The notes below the pieces were generated by a model. It did no database searches. It saw only the letters and a program-made list of their open reading frames with translations, and was not told the origin of the DNA. A DNA stretch of 64,000 nt from Callorhinchus milii (taxonomy: Eukaryota), in NCBI RefSeq assembly GCF_018977255.1, contig NW_024704743.1:27406001-27470000 (forward strand), written 5' to 3'. Positions 10,285 through 23,675 of the stretch are shown in pieces; within the stretch, counting starts at the first letter, position 1; each line of letters begins with the position of its first letter. Position numbers and translations under genes: made by a program.

Positions 10285-12457
10285 TAGTAATTAGATTATG
10301 TAGTTGAATGTGACTTACCAAGGTAAGACAATCTATTGCACTGGGGACTATGTCTACAAGTTACCACATCTACTAGAAATGTGCTTTTCCTTCTCCACAA
10401 TGACGCACCTTACAACATTGTCTGTATCAAGACTTTATCACACAGATTCCTACAAAAAGTGGCAAAAAGTCACCTGCTTCACCAGGTAATCTGCTGCCCC
10501 ACAAACAGCAGGGTACCTTGTAACCAAAGGCTGTTTACTGGGGTTATAGTTACATGCAGTTCATAATGTAAAATTCCTTGTACTGTCTTCTAATTGCACA
10601 TGGAAGTCATGCCTGGACTATTTAACCAAAAAATTATGTTACAATGTGGAATATTAGCACTGTGTCTGCATTTCTGTTCTCGCTGTGAGCAGACAACAAC
10701 AGAAACGGTTTGTAAGTTACAGAATATTAAGAACTGAGGAGCAAAAGCACAAATTGTATTTTCCCCCTAATAGCATTACTTGCTGACAATAAGAACAACA
10801 AATTACAATTTGTATAGCGCCTTTCACATCAGTCCCAAGGCAATGTAATCCAATAGTGAAGAATGTCTATGTAAATTCAGTTTGAAGTACATTTGCGATC
10901 CATACTCACGTACAGTACAGTGCCTGTAATAAGTCAGTGGTAAGATTTATTTAATCCGCAGTTTGTCATTTATTTAACTACACATCTCAAATAGAGTCAT
11001 CAGTCCAGATTCAATTTTCAAGCAACTCCTTTTCTGGATTTCCCTCAAAAAGGAGCTTGAACAAGCAATTAAAAAAGGTCAACTGGCTTTGCGGAAGAAG
11101 CAGTCATAAATGTTTAAATAAGTAATGTTTTCAACAAAGTGTTCAATAGTGATAACGGACAAATCATTTCCAAACCTTAATGAACTCTTATTCGCTCCTG
11201 TTAATGGAATTTTAAACATGAGCTAAATTTAACAAAAGCCCTATAACAGGCCTTCCCCCATAAATGTTTCATTATTCGTTTGAATAATAAAGAAGCCATT
11301 TACATGAAGTTGAAATTATTTATCGTTTTTTCTTAAACACTATATATTTTGCATGTTTGGAAAAGTTCCTCTTGTTAATTGCCAATTGAGACGTCTTGAA
11401 GACGTGATAAGGCACTATAGCAAATGCAAGCATTAATTAATATTACGCCACGCAACAGTGAAGCACGTAACCGAAATTCATGTGGCAAGTCTTGGAGAAT
11501 GGTTTTAAATTAAATATTCAAGCAATTGCTGGAGTTCAGGAGTTTCAATGTTAAATTGCTTGCTTATTTTCTGGTTACCATCTTATTGCTGCTCGCCTTC
11601 TGTAACAAGGAATTAAAGTGCTGAAACCCCCAAGTATAACTGAAAGCTGCCATGATGATTTGGAAATCGAATGTTTGGTTTCCAGCTGTGTTGTTTTGCT
11701 GATATTAGGGTTTAATATGCGAATATTTAAATTAAGATTCCTTAATAAGGAAGATGAAGTATGTCAGGCTGACTCCGAGGAAATCCACTATGATACAATC
11801 TACTTTTGGAGCAGAATTCCTGTTGACACTAAATTTGTGTAATGTACTTTTAGTTCCCAAAAGGAGTTCCCCACTCAGATTCCTTGTTAAGAAATTGCAC
11901 AGAATGGAAGTCAGTAACACATTTTCAAACAATCCCCTTGCACCAGTTATTCTACCTATCAAATCCTATCAAATCCAGATAAAAAGATTGGAAAGGTTTA
12001 ACTCAAATAGGACTGAACTATTTAGGGCTGAGATTGCTTTCAAAGGCCATGCAGAAATCAGTACCTTCTAAATACAAAGTAGGCAGCCCATCCAAAAGCA
12101 AATCACTTAGAGGAAATAGATCAATTTTCAGATACAATATTGCTATTCTTAGGATATATTTTGCTCAAGTGGTTAATGCAGTCCAAAGACATATCAACGA
12201 CATCTTGAATTTATATTGTAGGCTTCACTTATGATAGGGTCTTGGAGCACTTCATAGTGGTGGGGTTGGATACTCAACAAAAAGAAGGGGGAGAGGGAGG
12301 TGACTAAAAGTGTGGTCGAAGAGGTAGGTTTTTAGCTAGAATTTTAAGATAGAAACAGAGGAGACGGGATGAAGGGATAGAGGCAGAAAATTCCATAGGT
12401 TCGGAGCATAATGTTGAAAGCTCGGGTTAGCAATGGAATTGGTTAACAATAAACAGA

Positions 12458-14985
12458 AACAACAAAATTACACTTGTATAGGGGTTTTCACGTCTGGAGG
12501 ACATCCCAAGGCATTGAACAGGCAGAGTTATGGACCCGAGCTGGGAGAATGGAGGGCGGGGGGGAAGCAGAGAGATAGAAAGCACAGTCAAAAAGGAGGG
12601 TCTTGAGATGGATCTTGAAGGACGCAAGGGAGGTGCTGAGGCAGAGGGACTGCGGGATGGAGTTTCAGAGGGTGGGGGAAGAGTGGCAGAAGGCCCGCCT
12701 GCCAATAGTGGGGCAAGCAAAACGGGGTATGTGAAGCAGCCGGAGCCCACTGAGCGGACAGAGCGAGCAGGATGGTAGGGAGTTAGGAGGTCACAGAGGT
12801 AGGGGGGAGCAAGACCATGGAGGGCTTTGAAGGTGACGACCAGGATCTTGAACTGTATCCTCTGTGTGATGGGAAGCCAGTGGAGTTGGGTGAGGATGGG
12901 GATGATAAGGTCGCGGAGTTTAGTGCGGGAGAGGACACAGGCTGCAGAGTTCTGGATGATCTGCAACCTATGGGGGGAGGAGTTTCGGAGCCCAACGAGC
13001 AATGAGTTTCGGTGGACCTGCGATGTGAGACAGTGGCAGAGCCGGGCAATGCTGTGGAAGTGGGGAAAAGCAGAACGGGTCATGGTGCAGTTGTGGGGTA
13101 GAAAAGATAGTTGAGGGTCAAACAAGATCCCAATGTTCCGGACTGGCTTAGCAAAGTGGAGTGTTCAACCATGGATGGTGATGCTGTCAGCGCCTGAGGT
13201 GAGGAGTCGCTGACAGGAGCCAATCAGGAGAGTCTTGGTCTTGTTGATGTTCAACTGAAGAAAGTTAACTTTCATTCCAGGACTTGGTGTCCGACAGACA
13301 TTCTGTCAGGACTCAGTGGTCTTGGAGTCAAGGGTGGAGGCAATGAGGTAGAGTTGGGTGTCATCCGCATACATTTGGAAGTTGACCCCATGTCTTCAGA
13401 TGATGTCACCAAGAGGGTTCATATAGATATTGAAGAGGAGGGAACCAAGGACAGAGCCCTGCGGAACACCACATGAGATGTTCTGGGGCTAGAGGAGAAG
13501 CCGTTTGTGGAGATGAAGTGGAGGCGGTGAGAGAGGTACAATCTAAAGCAGAGTAGGACAAAGCCATATAGGTTGAGGTGAGAGGAGAGGCGGTGGATGA
13601 GGATAGAGTTGTCGACAGTGTCAAAAGTGTCAAGGAGGACGAGGAGGCAGAGGGAGCCTTGGTCGCAGATGGACAGAATGTCATTTGTCACTTTGACCAG
13701 GGCTGTTTCTGTGCTGTGGGTGGTAGAGAAACCCGATTGGAGGGGTTTGAGAAGGGAATGGCGAGAGAGGAAGGAGCGAAGCTGAGAAGCAACAACTCTT
13801 TCCAGGACATTGGAGAGGAAAGGGAGGTTGGAGATGGGGTGGTAGTTTGGGAGTAGAGAAGGTCCAGGGAGGTTTTTTTTTAAGGATAGGAATGATGACA
13901 GCAGTTTTTAATGGAGTGGGAACAGTACCAGAGGACATGGAAAGGTTTATGATCTCCGTGAGTAGGGGGACAAGGAAGTGGAGCTGGGAGTAAAGGAGAG
14001 GGGTAGGTCAAGTGAACAGGTGATCAGTTTCAGGTGGGTTATGGTGGTGATGGGAGACGAGAGAGACTGGTTCAAAGGTGTGGAGGGAGGGATGGGTAGA
14101 AGCCGAGGTGGGAGGTGGAGATGGGGAGGGTGTAGCAGATGCAGGGGCAGAGGTAGCTGAGTAGATCCCCTCGACTTTGGATTCGAGGACATCCAGCATC
14201 GCCTTGCATTTGGCATTTTAGGTGAGGATGTTTGAGGTGTGAAAGAGTGGGCGCCGGAGCGGTTGGTGATGGAGAAGAGGAACCTCATGTTGTCCTTAGC
14301 TCCAAGATTGTCTTGGAGTAAAACGATGATTTAGCTGAGGGGAGGGCAGAGCAGTAGAATTTGATATAGTCCAGCCAGATCTGCCAATGGACCGTTAAGT
14401 TTGATTTAAGCCAGTTGCGCTCAGCGGCACTCACCTGGGCTTTAAGGGAGCGGAGGTGGCTGGTTTACCATGGTGACTTACGTGAAAGGAGACAATATGG
14501 AAAGAGAGGGGAGCAAGGGAATCAAGAGTGAAGGAGAGGGAGCTGTGGAGAAGAGTGACCGAGGTGGATAGGTCATTGCGAGAGGACGTCCAGAGGGGAA
14601 GGAGTTCAGATGACTTCAAGCAGCTGAGAAGGAAGTGGGGGAGATTTTTTTCCAGGGGCAATAGGAGGTGGAGGTGGATTGGGTGGCGGTGGGGAGAGGG
14701 ATTGAGGAGTTAAGGGAGATGAAGTGATGGTCTGAATTCGCTTTGCCGATGATAGTGAGGTCTGAGACGGTGAGGCCCTGCGTGATCACCAGGTCGCGGG
14801 GGTAACCGTGGACCTGGGTGGCAGAATGGATGTGGAGGGAGGGATTGAGGGAGGAGATAAGGGAGGAAAAGTCAGCAGAGGTAGAGCAGGAGGGGATGAA
14901 GTGAAGGTTGAAAACGCCTAAGATGCGGAGGCGTTCAGAACAGATGGAGGGAGAAGATAGGAGGGTGGAGATGTCGAGCATGAAG
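12458..14985 (-). mobile_element. L2-clade LINE, about 2.5 kb 5'-truncated decayed copy (APE endonuclease + reverse transcriptase)
   Basis: Frameshifted ORF2 pieces: RILGVFNLH..HGYPRDLVIT..SDHHFISL (APE), CLLVLLDTFDTVD, QMYADDTQ (about 13352-13378), LQIIQNSAA..LHWLPITQRIQFKIL..HGLAPPYL; 3' tail AAGTGTAATTTTGTTGTT. Confidence 0.93.
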
Positions 14986-15068
14986 GGTAACTTGTGAAAT
15001 TAATAGCAAAATAGATTTTTCTTCAGACTACTATTATATAAAAGTTCATCAGTCTTCACAAAGCAAGG

Positions 15069-15497
15069 TGTCAGTGGCAGCACTTTTGCCTCTGAGTCAG
15101 AATGTTGTTTGTTCGAGTTCCATGTTGGGATATTGAGCTCATATAGTCCAGGCTGAGACTCCAACACAGTGCTGGGCGTGTGCTGCACCGTCGGAGCTGT
15201 TATCCTTTCAGTGAGACAAAAACCAAGCCTCGGCCTCTTTAGGTAGATGTTAAAGGTCCCATAGCGCTTCTCAAAAAGAGATGGGAGTTTCTTCCCAGTG
15301 TCCTGGCCAATAATCCCTCAGTTAAAATTTGATCAGTCACTTCATGGTATTTTGTGGGACATCAGTGCGCAGAAATCGGCAGCAACATTTGTTTACAAAG
15401 CATTCAGTCATTCCACTCTACAGTGTATCCTGCGAACTACTTAGTGTCATCCTCCTGATACAAAATGTACTATATCAAAAGCAAGAATTCTTATTAT
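15069..15497 (+). mobile_element. SINE family B
   Basis: GCCTCTGAGTCAGAA..TTCGAG head, GTGCTGCACCGTCGGAG Deu-like body, tail TATATCAAAAGCAAG. Confidence 0.8.
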
Positions 15498-16129
15498 AAC
15501 GTATCAGGGGATCCATCCAAACACATATTGAATGCTCTGTCAGCACAGTTCTGCCTCTTCACTTAGCTCTCCTTACCAGCATATGGTTTGTCTCCCTTCC
15601 TCTCCATTAGTATCAAGTTCCTGCACACTGCCTGTCTGAGTAATCCATAATCAGTGTCAGTTTCTTTCTCCTGTCCTGAATCAGCATGCCATTATCTAAC
15701 TCAACTCTAAGGACGCACAAATACCCCTATAACTGCAGGATAATATTAGTCATATTCTAAACAAATCTAAATAGTTTTCATCTGAGTTCAGTCAAGCCTG
15801 TGCACAAATAAAGGATTGTGGGTGAGCTCAATTGCCAAAGCTGTTTTGTAACACAGACATGTATAGGATGAACATTAAGTGGAATCCAAATGCCTCATAG
15901 GAACGTAAATGTCAATGAGTATAAAGGGTAAGACATGATTTGTAACTTTTTATAGACAGGAAATTGAAGGGCATCATAAGTTTGGTCAGTTACTTTCTTA
16001 AAAAAAATACATGGGGGTGAAAATTGGAACATGTGATCTGATGATTACCACAGACTTGAAAATTGTGATATTCGCAGTCAATAGCCAAAGAAAACCTCCA
16101 GGGCTTGAACACTCCAGAGTTATTGGTGT

Positions 16130-16420
16130 TAGGGCTGCAGCATAGAGCTCAGTCAAAATGGGAATTATTGAGTGGGGTGCCTCACAGGACTCTGCTGGGA
16201 CCTATACTATTCCTAATATACAACAACGTGTCAAAGATTCTGTGCAAAATAATTCAATTTCCAATTGAAACCAAGTTCAGGGACTGTTGAATTTTAAGAG
16301 GAAGTAAATATCTTATAAATAGAGCTTAACAAAGTGTGCACATTGAAAATGAATCTCATTATATACAAATCCAAACTAATGCATATTCAAAGTCAAAATC
16401 GGAAGCATATATTTGGGTGT
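16130..16420 (+). mobile_element. Old CR1 LINE RT fragment
   Basis: SKWELLSGVPHRTLLGPILFLIYNN matches the RT motif '[19 protein letters not shown]'. Confidence 0.7.
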
Positions 16421-17689
16421 GCATTCTATGTTGCAACTCGAAAGAGCAGTGCCTTCCAGACAGATTCAGACACAACCATATTGCTAAAGCCATAGTATTG
16501 TTTTAAACCCATGGGCGGTCTTTGGTTGTGCACTGCTTTGATCATAACCTTTAAGGATGCAAACATGGCAAATTTTCAAACTTGCATTTACATTTAACAA
16601 ACATTCTTTCTTAAAACAAATCCACAAAGGTTAAATTGTGCCAACAAAATACACAATAACAACAACAACAACTTGGATTTATATAGTGCCCTCCACACCG
16701 GACGGTGTCTCAGAGCGCTTCACAGTAACGGATCCTGGGGCCGAGCCAGGGGAATGGGACAGTCATTGCACTTTACAGTAAATTATGTCAAGCTTTTTGA
16801 GGAACTCTCCTGACATGAAAGATATTGTATCAACTGCTATTTTCAAGAGTAAAGTGAACAAAAAGTTTGAGTTCCAGTTTATGGAAAGTATAAATCCAGC
16901 AGAATGTGTTAGTTGATGGGTTAAAGAGATGATGGTGGCGTAAAACAAATGGTGGGTTGAAACAAAACTGGGGAGAAGAGGTGTTAATAGTGCAGAACAG
17001 GCAACACACCAGAGAGAGACAAAGAGTGTCTGGGATGATGATTGTAATGATAACAGAAGATAACTCTTCTCGTAACAAAAAGAGGGGGAGGGGGGAAGGT
17101 GAGCTGTTATGGTCTGAAGTGGTTGAAATCGATACTGAGGTCAGAGGGCTGTAGGGTCCTTGCAGAGGTCCAACTACAGTCCAACTGAAGTCCAACTATA
17201 CTAACTGTAGTTTGATTTTGAAGAGCCACGTATCTGGCCCATTACACTTGGATCATTATATGCATATCCAGTGTCAATTTTTTTAAAAAAATGACGCAAC
17301 TTAAAATCTCCCTAATAATACTTAGCATTGTATTTGCATCAAATGCAAATTTATCTTTGACATTTATGAGGTACTGATGCTGCAGAGGATTGCGATCCTT
17401 TCATCTCTTTGGCCCGACTTCAAATGAAGTCCAAATAGATGGGATGAAAACCTTCCCTTCCCTGATGGCTGTAACAGCTGGGGATTAATCTTGGACAGTT
17501 TCAGTCCAATGCTGAATGGACATGACTGCATAGTGCAAAACCTATTCATAAATTAGCACTAGTCAGATTATCTCGGCCAAAGAGACTAAAACAGACATGT
17601 CAAGAGAGTAAAATAAGAGGACATAGGTTAGGGAATTCTGTAGGAGAATTTCAGGACAGATACCAGGAGGTATTTCTTTATGCAGAGAA

Positions 17690-18140
17690 TAATTAACATC
17701 TTGAATGGAATGCACACTCTCTCCTTGTAGGGACACATTCTGCTTACCTAATTCCAGAAGGTATTTGGAGCGGATTGGCAAGAGCCAAGGCCTGGGTACC
17801 TCAGAGTGTGCGTTGGGATACTGCTGGAGTCTAACCAACTAAACCCCTATAGCTTGCCATTGATATTGCTGTGCTGCAAGCTTTTCCGCTGCTTGTTCAG
17901 CTAGGACCACCTGACCCATTTGGGCTTTGTCTTGCAGGATTGACAGGAGCTGAGGGGGATAACTCCCTGCCCTTCCAGGTCCTGCTGGTGAACCAGGCTG
18001 GCTGTCATCAGAATACTACGGACCCGCCTGGCACAGGAACCGGACCACCAAGACTGCCACAGAGGGTTGACTCAATTCTGATATTCTGTTGCCAAGTTTG
18101 TCACCTTGGAGCCAGTCCTTTTTAGATCGGTCTCTTTGGA
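17690..18140. repeat. Unclassified dispersed repeat, copy A
   Basis: 17700-17832 aligns with 28030-28165; 17948-18120 aligns with 29305-29455; TAGATCGGTCTCTTTG (18123-18138) also occurs at 2284-2299. Confidence 0.7.
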
Positions 18141-20217
18141 GCCAGTTTGACCTCCCCACCACATCCCCTGGGTAGTCACTAGATATTGTAGCCAATGGCA
18201 TTGTGACACTGGCACAGGAAGGAATGTTTCATGTGCTTGAGTTTGCAAATACTTTTAATCAACCATAAGCAAGGCACCTAATCTATGCTGCAGTTGACCT
18301 ACTATTGCTTTACTTTGTGTTCGCATGAAAATTCAGTATGCCATTCTAGTATCTATTCAGATATTCAAATTCTCTTGACTGAGGAATGGCCACAGTTACC
18401 CACAACAATTACTATGAAGCGAATTCCCAGCCGTTAATTTCAACATAAGGAATTGAACTTCTGTGAGATTGAATGTTCAGTACAATCAACATTTATATAA
18501 CGCTTTCTATGTCAAGAGGACAGCTCAAGAATGTAAAGATAAACGTATTACTTATTTATGTTAGAAACTAACTAAGACCATCCCCATTGGAGTATAGACA
18601 TTCAGTGAAGGAAGAAGCAGGTTGGCTCATGAGGCTTCACAGTGATGACCAGCTGAAAGTAACTCAAAGGTCACTGAGAACATGGTAAGAATACATATAC
18701 TTGTGGTAAGTGTTCGAATCGTGAGAATTTGAATAAAAAATGTAAGGCCAATTGTCTTCTTAAATCTGTTTTCCAGTATTAGTTCTGCAAGTCAAATGGT
18801 TAAAGCGAGCTCAGTAAGAGAGAAATAATCCATGGCCAGTTCTCACTGACAATAGCATCATTCAACAAATGGAAAGAATCGCATCCAGTCACATCCTGGA
18901 GGCACAAAGCCCTTTGACAAGTTAGTTAGAGAGTTGAATAAGGCAGCACGACTTAGCAACCTTGCAAGGGAGAGAAGATTTGCAAGGCTGGAGCACAGAT
19001 TAATTATTGGAACCCTCAAGTTTCCAAGATCCTCCTTGGACAATGTCCTGTGGTACCAAACTCTGCCCACCCACGTCAATCTCTGCCTGAAAAGGAAAGT
19101 TTTAAAAGACAGGTCGATGAGGTAATTTCAGGATTTATTACACCAATAGGTACATGGCAGGTGCTCTCTACCACACAGGACAATTACAATTTTGAGAAAA
19201 GGCAGGTAAATTATTATAGAATTGCTGACTGCTTTGGCATAAACCAAGGAAAATATTACTAAGCAACATACAAAATAAAATTAATAATAATCCTTGCACT
19301 TGATATAGCATCTTATCACATCTCAAAGCAGTTCACATGATATACTGCAAAGTGGATTGACTGTGTTACTTTATGTACAATAAAAGGTAATACTCTGAAG
19401 CTACACACTAACAAAAGTTACTTTCTAGGACAGCACATAAAGGTTAGTGCTCCTGTAATTAATATAGACTTCTGAGAGATTTGACTGGCTTAAAAGTTAG
19501 CGCCATGGGAATGCACAACTTCAGGGCTGGAGGGACAATTGTCCTTTCTAGTGATATTGATTTCCATGCAGTGAAGTGTGACAATGCCTTGTGAAGTCCT
19601 TTTCAGTCCAGTTGGGAAAGACAATTCAGCAAGGAGGTCACGTCATCTTCATGTATGGGTAATTGTCTTCTTATATCATAACTGAGGATATCTTTGGTTT
19701 CATTTCTCTTCCTGTAAGATTGTCACTTTGTATTGCATCATCACTTCCCCTGGACTGGGAGAAGGTACATCGCCTGCAATCTTCTGCTCCCTTGCCATTT
19801 GCTTTGATGGTGGCTCATCTCGACTACGAATATGAAAGATGGCATCTGCCATTCTGATGCAGAAAAGTTGAACGACTTGATTTAGTAAGTGATTGCATAG
19901 GGATGATAGCAGGGAACCACATTGTTTCATCTTGAAGCTTGTCATCCTGCAATCATCTTTCACCTATTTTGGGTTGGCCAAAATACAGTAACATTCTGCA
20001 GGAAAACTCTAATTTCTGACACTAGCATCTTAGTCAACAGAAGATGTTGGAGTAATTTCGAGCTCATTCTACAAGTCCAGCACCTTATGGGGTGTGAACG
20101 AAAGATAGAATAGCGATATATCCATTTTCAGCCAAATTATTCCAATCTTGTTATAGGAAAATCTAAGTTGCTCCTCAGATTCCAGCATTTGGTTTAATAG
20201 ATCCAGTAGAACACTTA

Positions 20218-20612
20218 ACAACAACAACTTGCATTTATATAGTGCCCTTCACGCGGGGCAACTTCTCGGAGCGCTCAGACAAACATTAGCTGAGGTGGTA
20301 CTATTTCTGGTGCTGGATGGAAAAGCTATTTTCTGCACACCAACAACAACACAATTATATTTGTATAGCGCCTTTCACGTCGGGAGGACGTCCCAAGGCG
20401 CTGTACAATGTACAGCATTTCAAACCCAAGCTGGGGTCAGGGGAGGAAGAAAAGAGGGGAGGGGAAGGGGGTTGACCGATGGCATGGTCAAAGAGGAGGG
20501 TTTTGAGGTGGGACTTGAAGTAGGCTAAGGAGGGGGTGAGGCGGAGTGATTGGGGGATGGAATTCCAGAGGTTGGGGGCAGAGTGGCTGAAGGCTTTCCG
20601 GCCAATGGTACA
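20218..20612 (-). mobile_element. Two L2 LINE 3' ends
   Basis: (CAA)n-CTTGCATTTATATAGTGCCC at 20218 and CAACAAC..TTTGTATAGCGCCTTTCACGTCGGGAGGACGTCCC at about 20341, followed by purine-rich L2 antisense sequence. Confidence 0.8.
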
Positions 20613-21229
20613 GCAAGTTTCTTACAAATTGTCTTTTTCAATAATTTCCCATTTTGCATGTCGCCTATCCGTGCTTGCCACCTCAAGGTCTCTTTTTACC
20701 TGAACCTTTGTCAATGCTGTCCACTGGGAAGTTCTGAGTTTTATAGCTGCTTTATCACTTGTATGGTTGAGTTACTAAACTCCTCCAGGGTTTGGATGTG
20801 TCAAAGGGCACACTGCTCTGGTGGGATGTGTCATTGTAACAAGTCTACCATTGTCTCTCCACAGCACAGAAAATTGTTACCTGACAGTTTGGACTCGAAG
20901 AGACATAAATTTATGGATATTTGTGAAAAAAAATGTTCTACTTGTAACAGAATATGTTCTGCATTGTAAGTTTTTTTTTCCAAACTGACCTGCCTGGCCC
21001 TTCTGAGATGAGCTTTCAGGATGTTAACATCAAAATCTATCACCATAAAAAAACTCTTATTTTAATTCAGACAAAAGGGAAAAAACTGGCAGGTTAAAGT
21101 TATGCAGGGTCATAAATTACCAGATAATGACTTAAAGTTTTGACGTGGCTACTGAATACTTTTTGTACCAAAAATAACCCTCTGGAATTTCTTAGGTAGT
21201 AAAGCACAGATATACTACTTATCTCAGGT

Positions 21230-21650
21230 GGATTTCTGTAGCGTATTGGTTAGAGCACTCGCCTCACAAACAAGAGGACCCAGGTTCAATTCCCGGGCAG
21301 GGCAAAACGTTAGGCAGGTTTCCTTACTCCACATACCTCTAGCAGTAAGTAGGAACCCGGTTGTTAGTTGATTGGCGAAATGCTTCTCCGGGGAAAATAA
21401 GCCCTTCAAAAAAAAAATTTTTTTAAATACAAATTATTTTGTCACTCATTCCATGACTATTTGTGGGACACTGTTGTGCGCAATTGGCTGCCGCATTTCA
21501 CCCACAAAATATAAGTCAATTCACTTTACAGTATAAACACAGAGGTCCCTGGGAACACGCAATAGGTCAGGCAGCATCCGCGGAGAAAGAAAATGAGTTA
21601 AAGTTTGAGGTTAATGATCTTTATGTCACTTTACAGTATCTTCTGTAAAT
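21230..21650 (+). mobile_element. SINE family A interrupted by a 91-bp Penelope-type insert
   Basis: Head CTGTAGCGTATTGGTTAGAGCACTCGCC..GGTTCAATTCCC; tail broken at the duplicated TCACTTTACAGTAT. Confidence 0.85.
21535..21625 (-). mobile_element. Penelope-like element terminal fragment with 14-bp TSD
   Basis: AGGTCAGGCAGCATC core shared with 62951-63073; flanked by TCACTTTACAGTAT at 21521-21534 and 21626-21639. Family assignment is from remembered vertebrate Penelope termini. Confidence 0.7.
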
Positions 21651-22895
21651 TATTAATATTATTATACCTGTGAATATTATTAATTCAACTTAATTTATTT
21701 GAAACATTTTTTCCTACATTGTATGCATTGGAGTGGCAGCAAATCCCTAACACAATTTTATAATTGTTTTCCAAAAATATAGCTCATTGGATTAATACTG
21801 ATTTATTAGCAGGACGCTTCCAGATGTAAATAAAATTGATTCAAAGGTAGAATAATAAATAATAAATATGCATTACCTGAAACCAACACTCCTAATATTA
21901 GTTTTATGTTTGCTTATCTGAGATTTGTTATAAAAGCAACAAAGACAGGGAGGGAACAAAGAACAAGAGAGTGATGGAGTGAACATATGGAATGTGTCTA
22001 ATTTTTATTTAAATGTGTATTATTTAATATTTTACAGTTACTATAGTAATAATAATGCCAATTGTGATTCTCCTGCAGTTTTGTTGCCATAATATTATTT
22101 TCAGCATCGCAGTGGGTAAAAGAAAAATGCACAGTGACACTGTTGGGCAGTGAGATGAGAGTTTCCTAAGAGCTGGAGGCTGTGCAATGAGTAGAAACAT
22201 TTATATTGTGCTGAACACTTTATAACTCTGGTATAAAAGAGAAAATTGGTTTGGTGGATATAGAAACAGTGGTCACGTGCCATTTAAATGATTTGTGTGG
22301 CAATGTCTGTTTGTACTTCATCACATGTTAAGCTAATCTATAACTGTAAGAGTATGCATAATTATTAATTACACCTATTACTACCTATCCCTCCTTTGCT
22401 CAGAAAACTGATTATACAACAGAAAAAAAAGCTTGGCAAGAAATCCACCTTGGGGCTACAATTACCAAGATCTCTATTGGAACTGCAATGTTGGCAGAGC
22501 AAATGATTTTCAATTACTTCCACTTCAATTAATTCTCCTATTAACATTTTAGCGAATCTCTGGATATCTGGCATATAAATCAGAAGGTGAACAACGAGAA
22601 TTTTAATAATCTGTATATAATTTTCACATTCCATTGAAAGGACTGCCCATCATCAAAGACCATTTGCATTTTAGTATCAAAAGAGTCAAAACAATACTAA
22701 CATGCATTCATATCAATGGAAACCTTTTGATGCATATGTTTAGCAAAAAGAGCTGTATATTAAAGTTGCTTCAGATGAATATTTATTACTGCAATACACT
22801 CATAGCAAGTGCATTAAAAAGCTGAATAATATTTATTATCTTTGAACTTCACAGGAAGAGTTCACAAGCAAAGAATCTCATTGTAAGTCTCTACA

Positions 22896-22914
22896 GTCTC
22901 CCCTCTAGTGGACT
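22896..22914 (-). promoter_or_regulatory. Candidate CTCF binding site
   Basis: Reverse complement AGTCCACTAGAGGGGAGAC closely matches the CTCF core CCACYAGRGGGC and lies outside recognisable repeats. Confidence 0.5.
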
Positions 22915-23242
22915 CCGCAGCTCCATATTTATAAGAAATTAGATCTGAACGCTGATGTTTAAAGTGACAAAATCATTGTGATTTTATTTAATGCTATGTG
23001 TGTATCAGTATTGGAAAGCAATTTGCTTTACGTTCTGGTTATTGGGTGAGTCAGATGTTTTGGTCAATTTTCTACTTCCACGTTTGAAGTCAGTGATGTT
23101 TGCTTTCCTAAGGTTCCACATGTTCCAGTCACTCTATGATATTTCACCAAGTGACCATTTTTAATGTATGAGAGTTGATAGTGCGTGTGTTGTGCAACCA
23201 CCAGAAGTGTGTCTCAATCGAGCTTGATCCTGGGGTTCACTT

Positions 23243-23603
23243 GATTCAGTTGGCAGAACTCTCCACTCCAAGTCACAAGGACATCAGTTCAAAGCACGAG
23301 TCAGGCCTTGGAACTCATATAGTCTAAGCTGATACTCTAATGCAGTGATGAGATATTTTTGCATTGTTGGAGGTTTGGTCCTTCAGAGGGGACATTAAAC
23401 TGAGGCATCATTTGTCTATTCAGGTGGACTTTAAAGATCTCCGGGCACAAATAGAAAAGAGAAAGTAGATTCTTCCAGTGTCATGACCAACAACCCCCAA
23501 ATAAAATTGATCATTCACTCCATGGCTGTGTTCATCCACAAAGCACTGGGACATCCTTCTGACATGAGAGATCCTACACAAATGTAAGGATTATTATTAT
23601 TAT
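23243..23603 (+). mobile_element. SINE family B
   Basis: TTCAGTTGGCAG head, TCTAAGCTGATACTCTAATGCAGT..GGAGGT..GACATTAAACTGAGG body, (ATT)n tail. Confidence 0.75.
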
Positions 23604-23610
23604 TGGAATT

Positions 23611-23675
23611 AACATAACATAACATAACATAACATAACATGACATGACATGACATGACATGACATAACATAACAT
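23611..23675 (+). repeat. Compound pentanucleotide microsatellite (AACAT)6(GACAT)5(AACAT)2
   Basis: Read directly; it forms the expanded 3' tail of the adjacent minus-strand CR1. Confidence 0.95.

Noticed and set aside
11618..12234. Cluster of overlapping short ORFs
   Set aside because: No recognisable domain or splice framing; consistent with chance.
12427..13125. Longest ORF (232 aa) as a host gene
   Set aside because: It is decayed L2 ORF2 with frameshifts.
18858..19125. ORFs and a strong minus-strand acceptor near 19087
   Set aside because: No good donor or recognisable protein; part may be very old LINE sequence.
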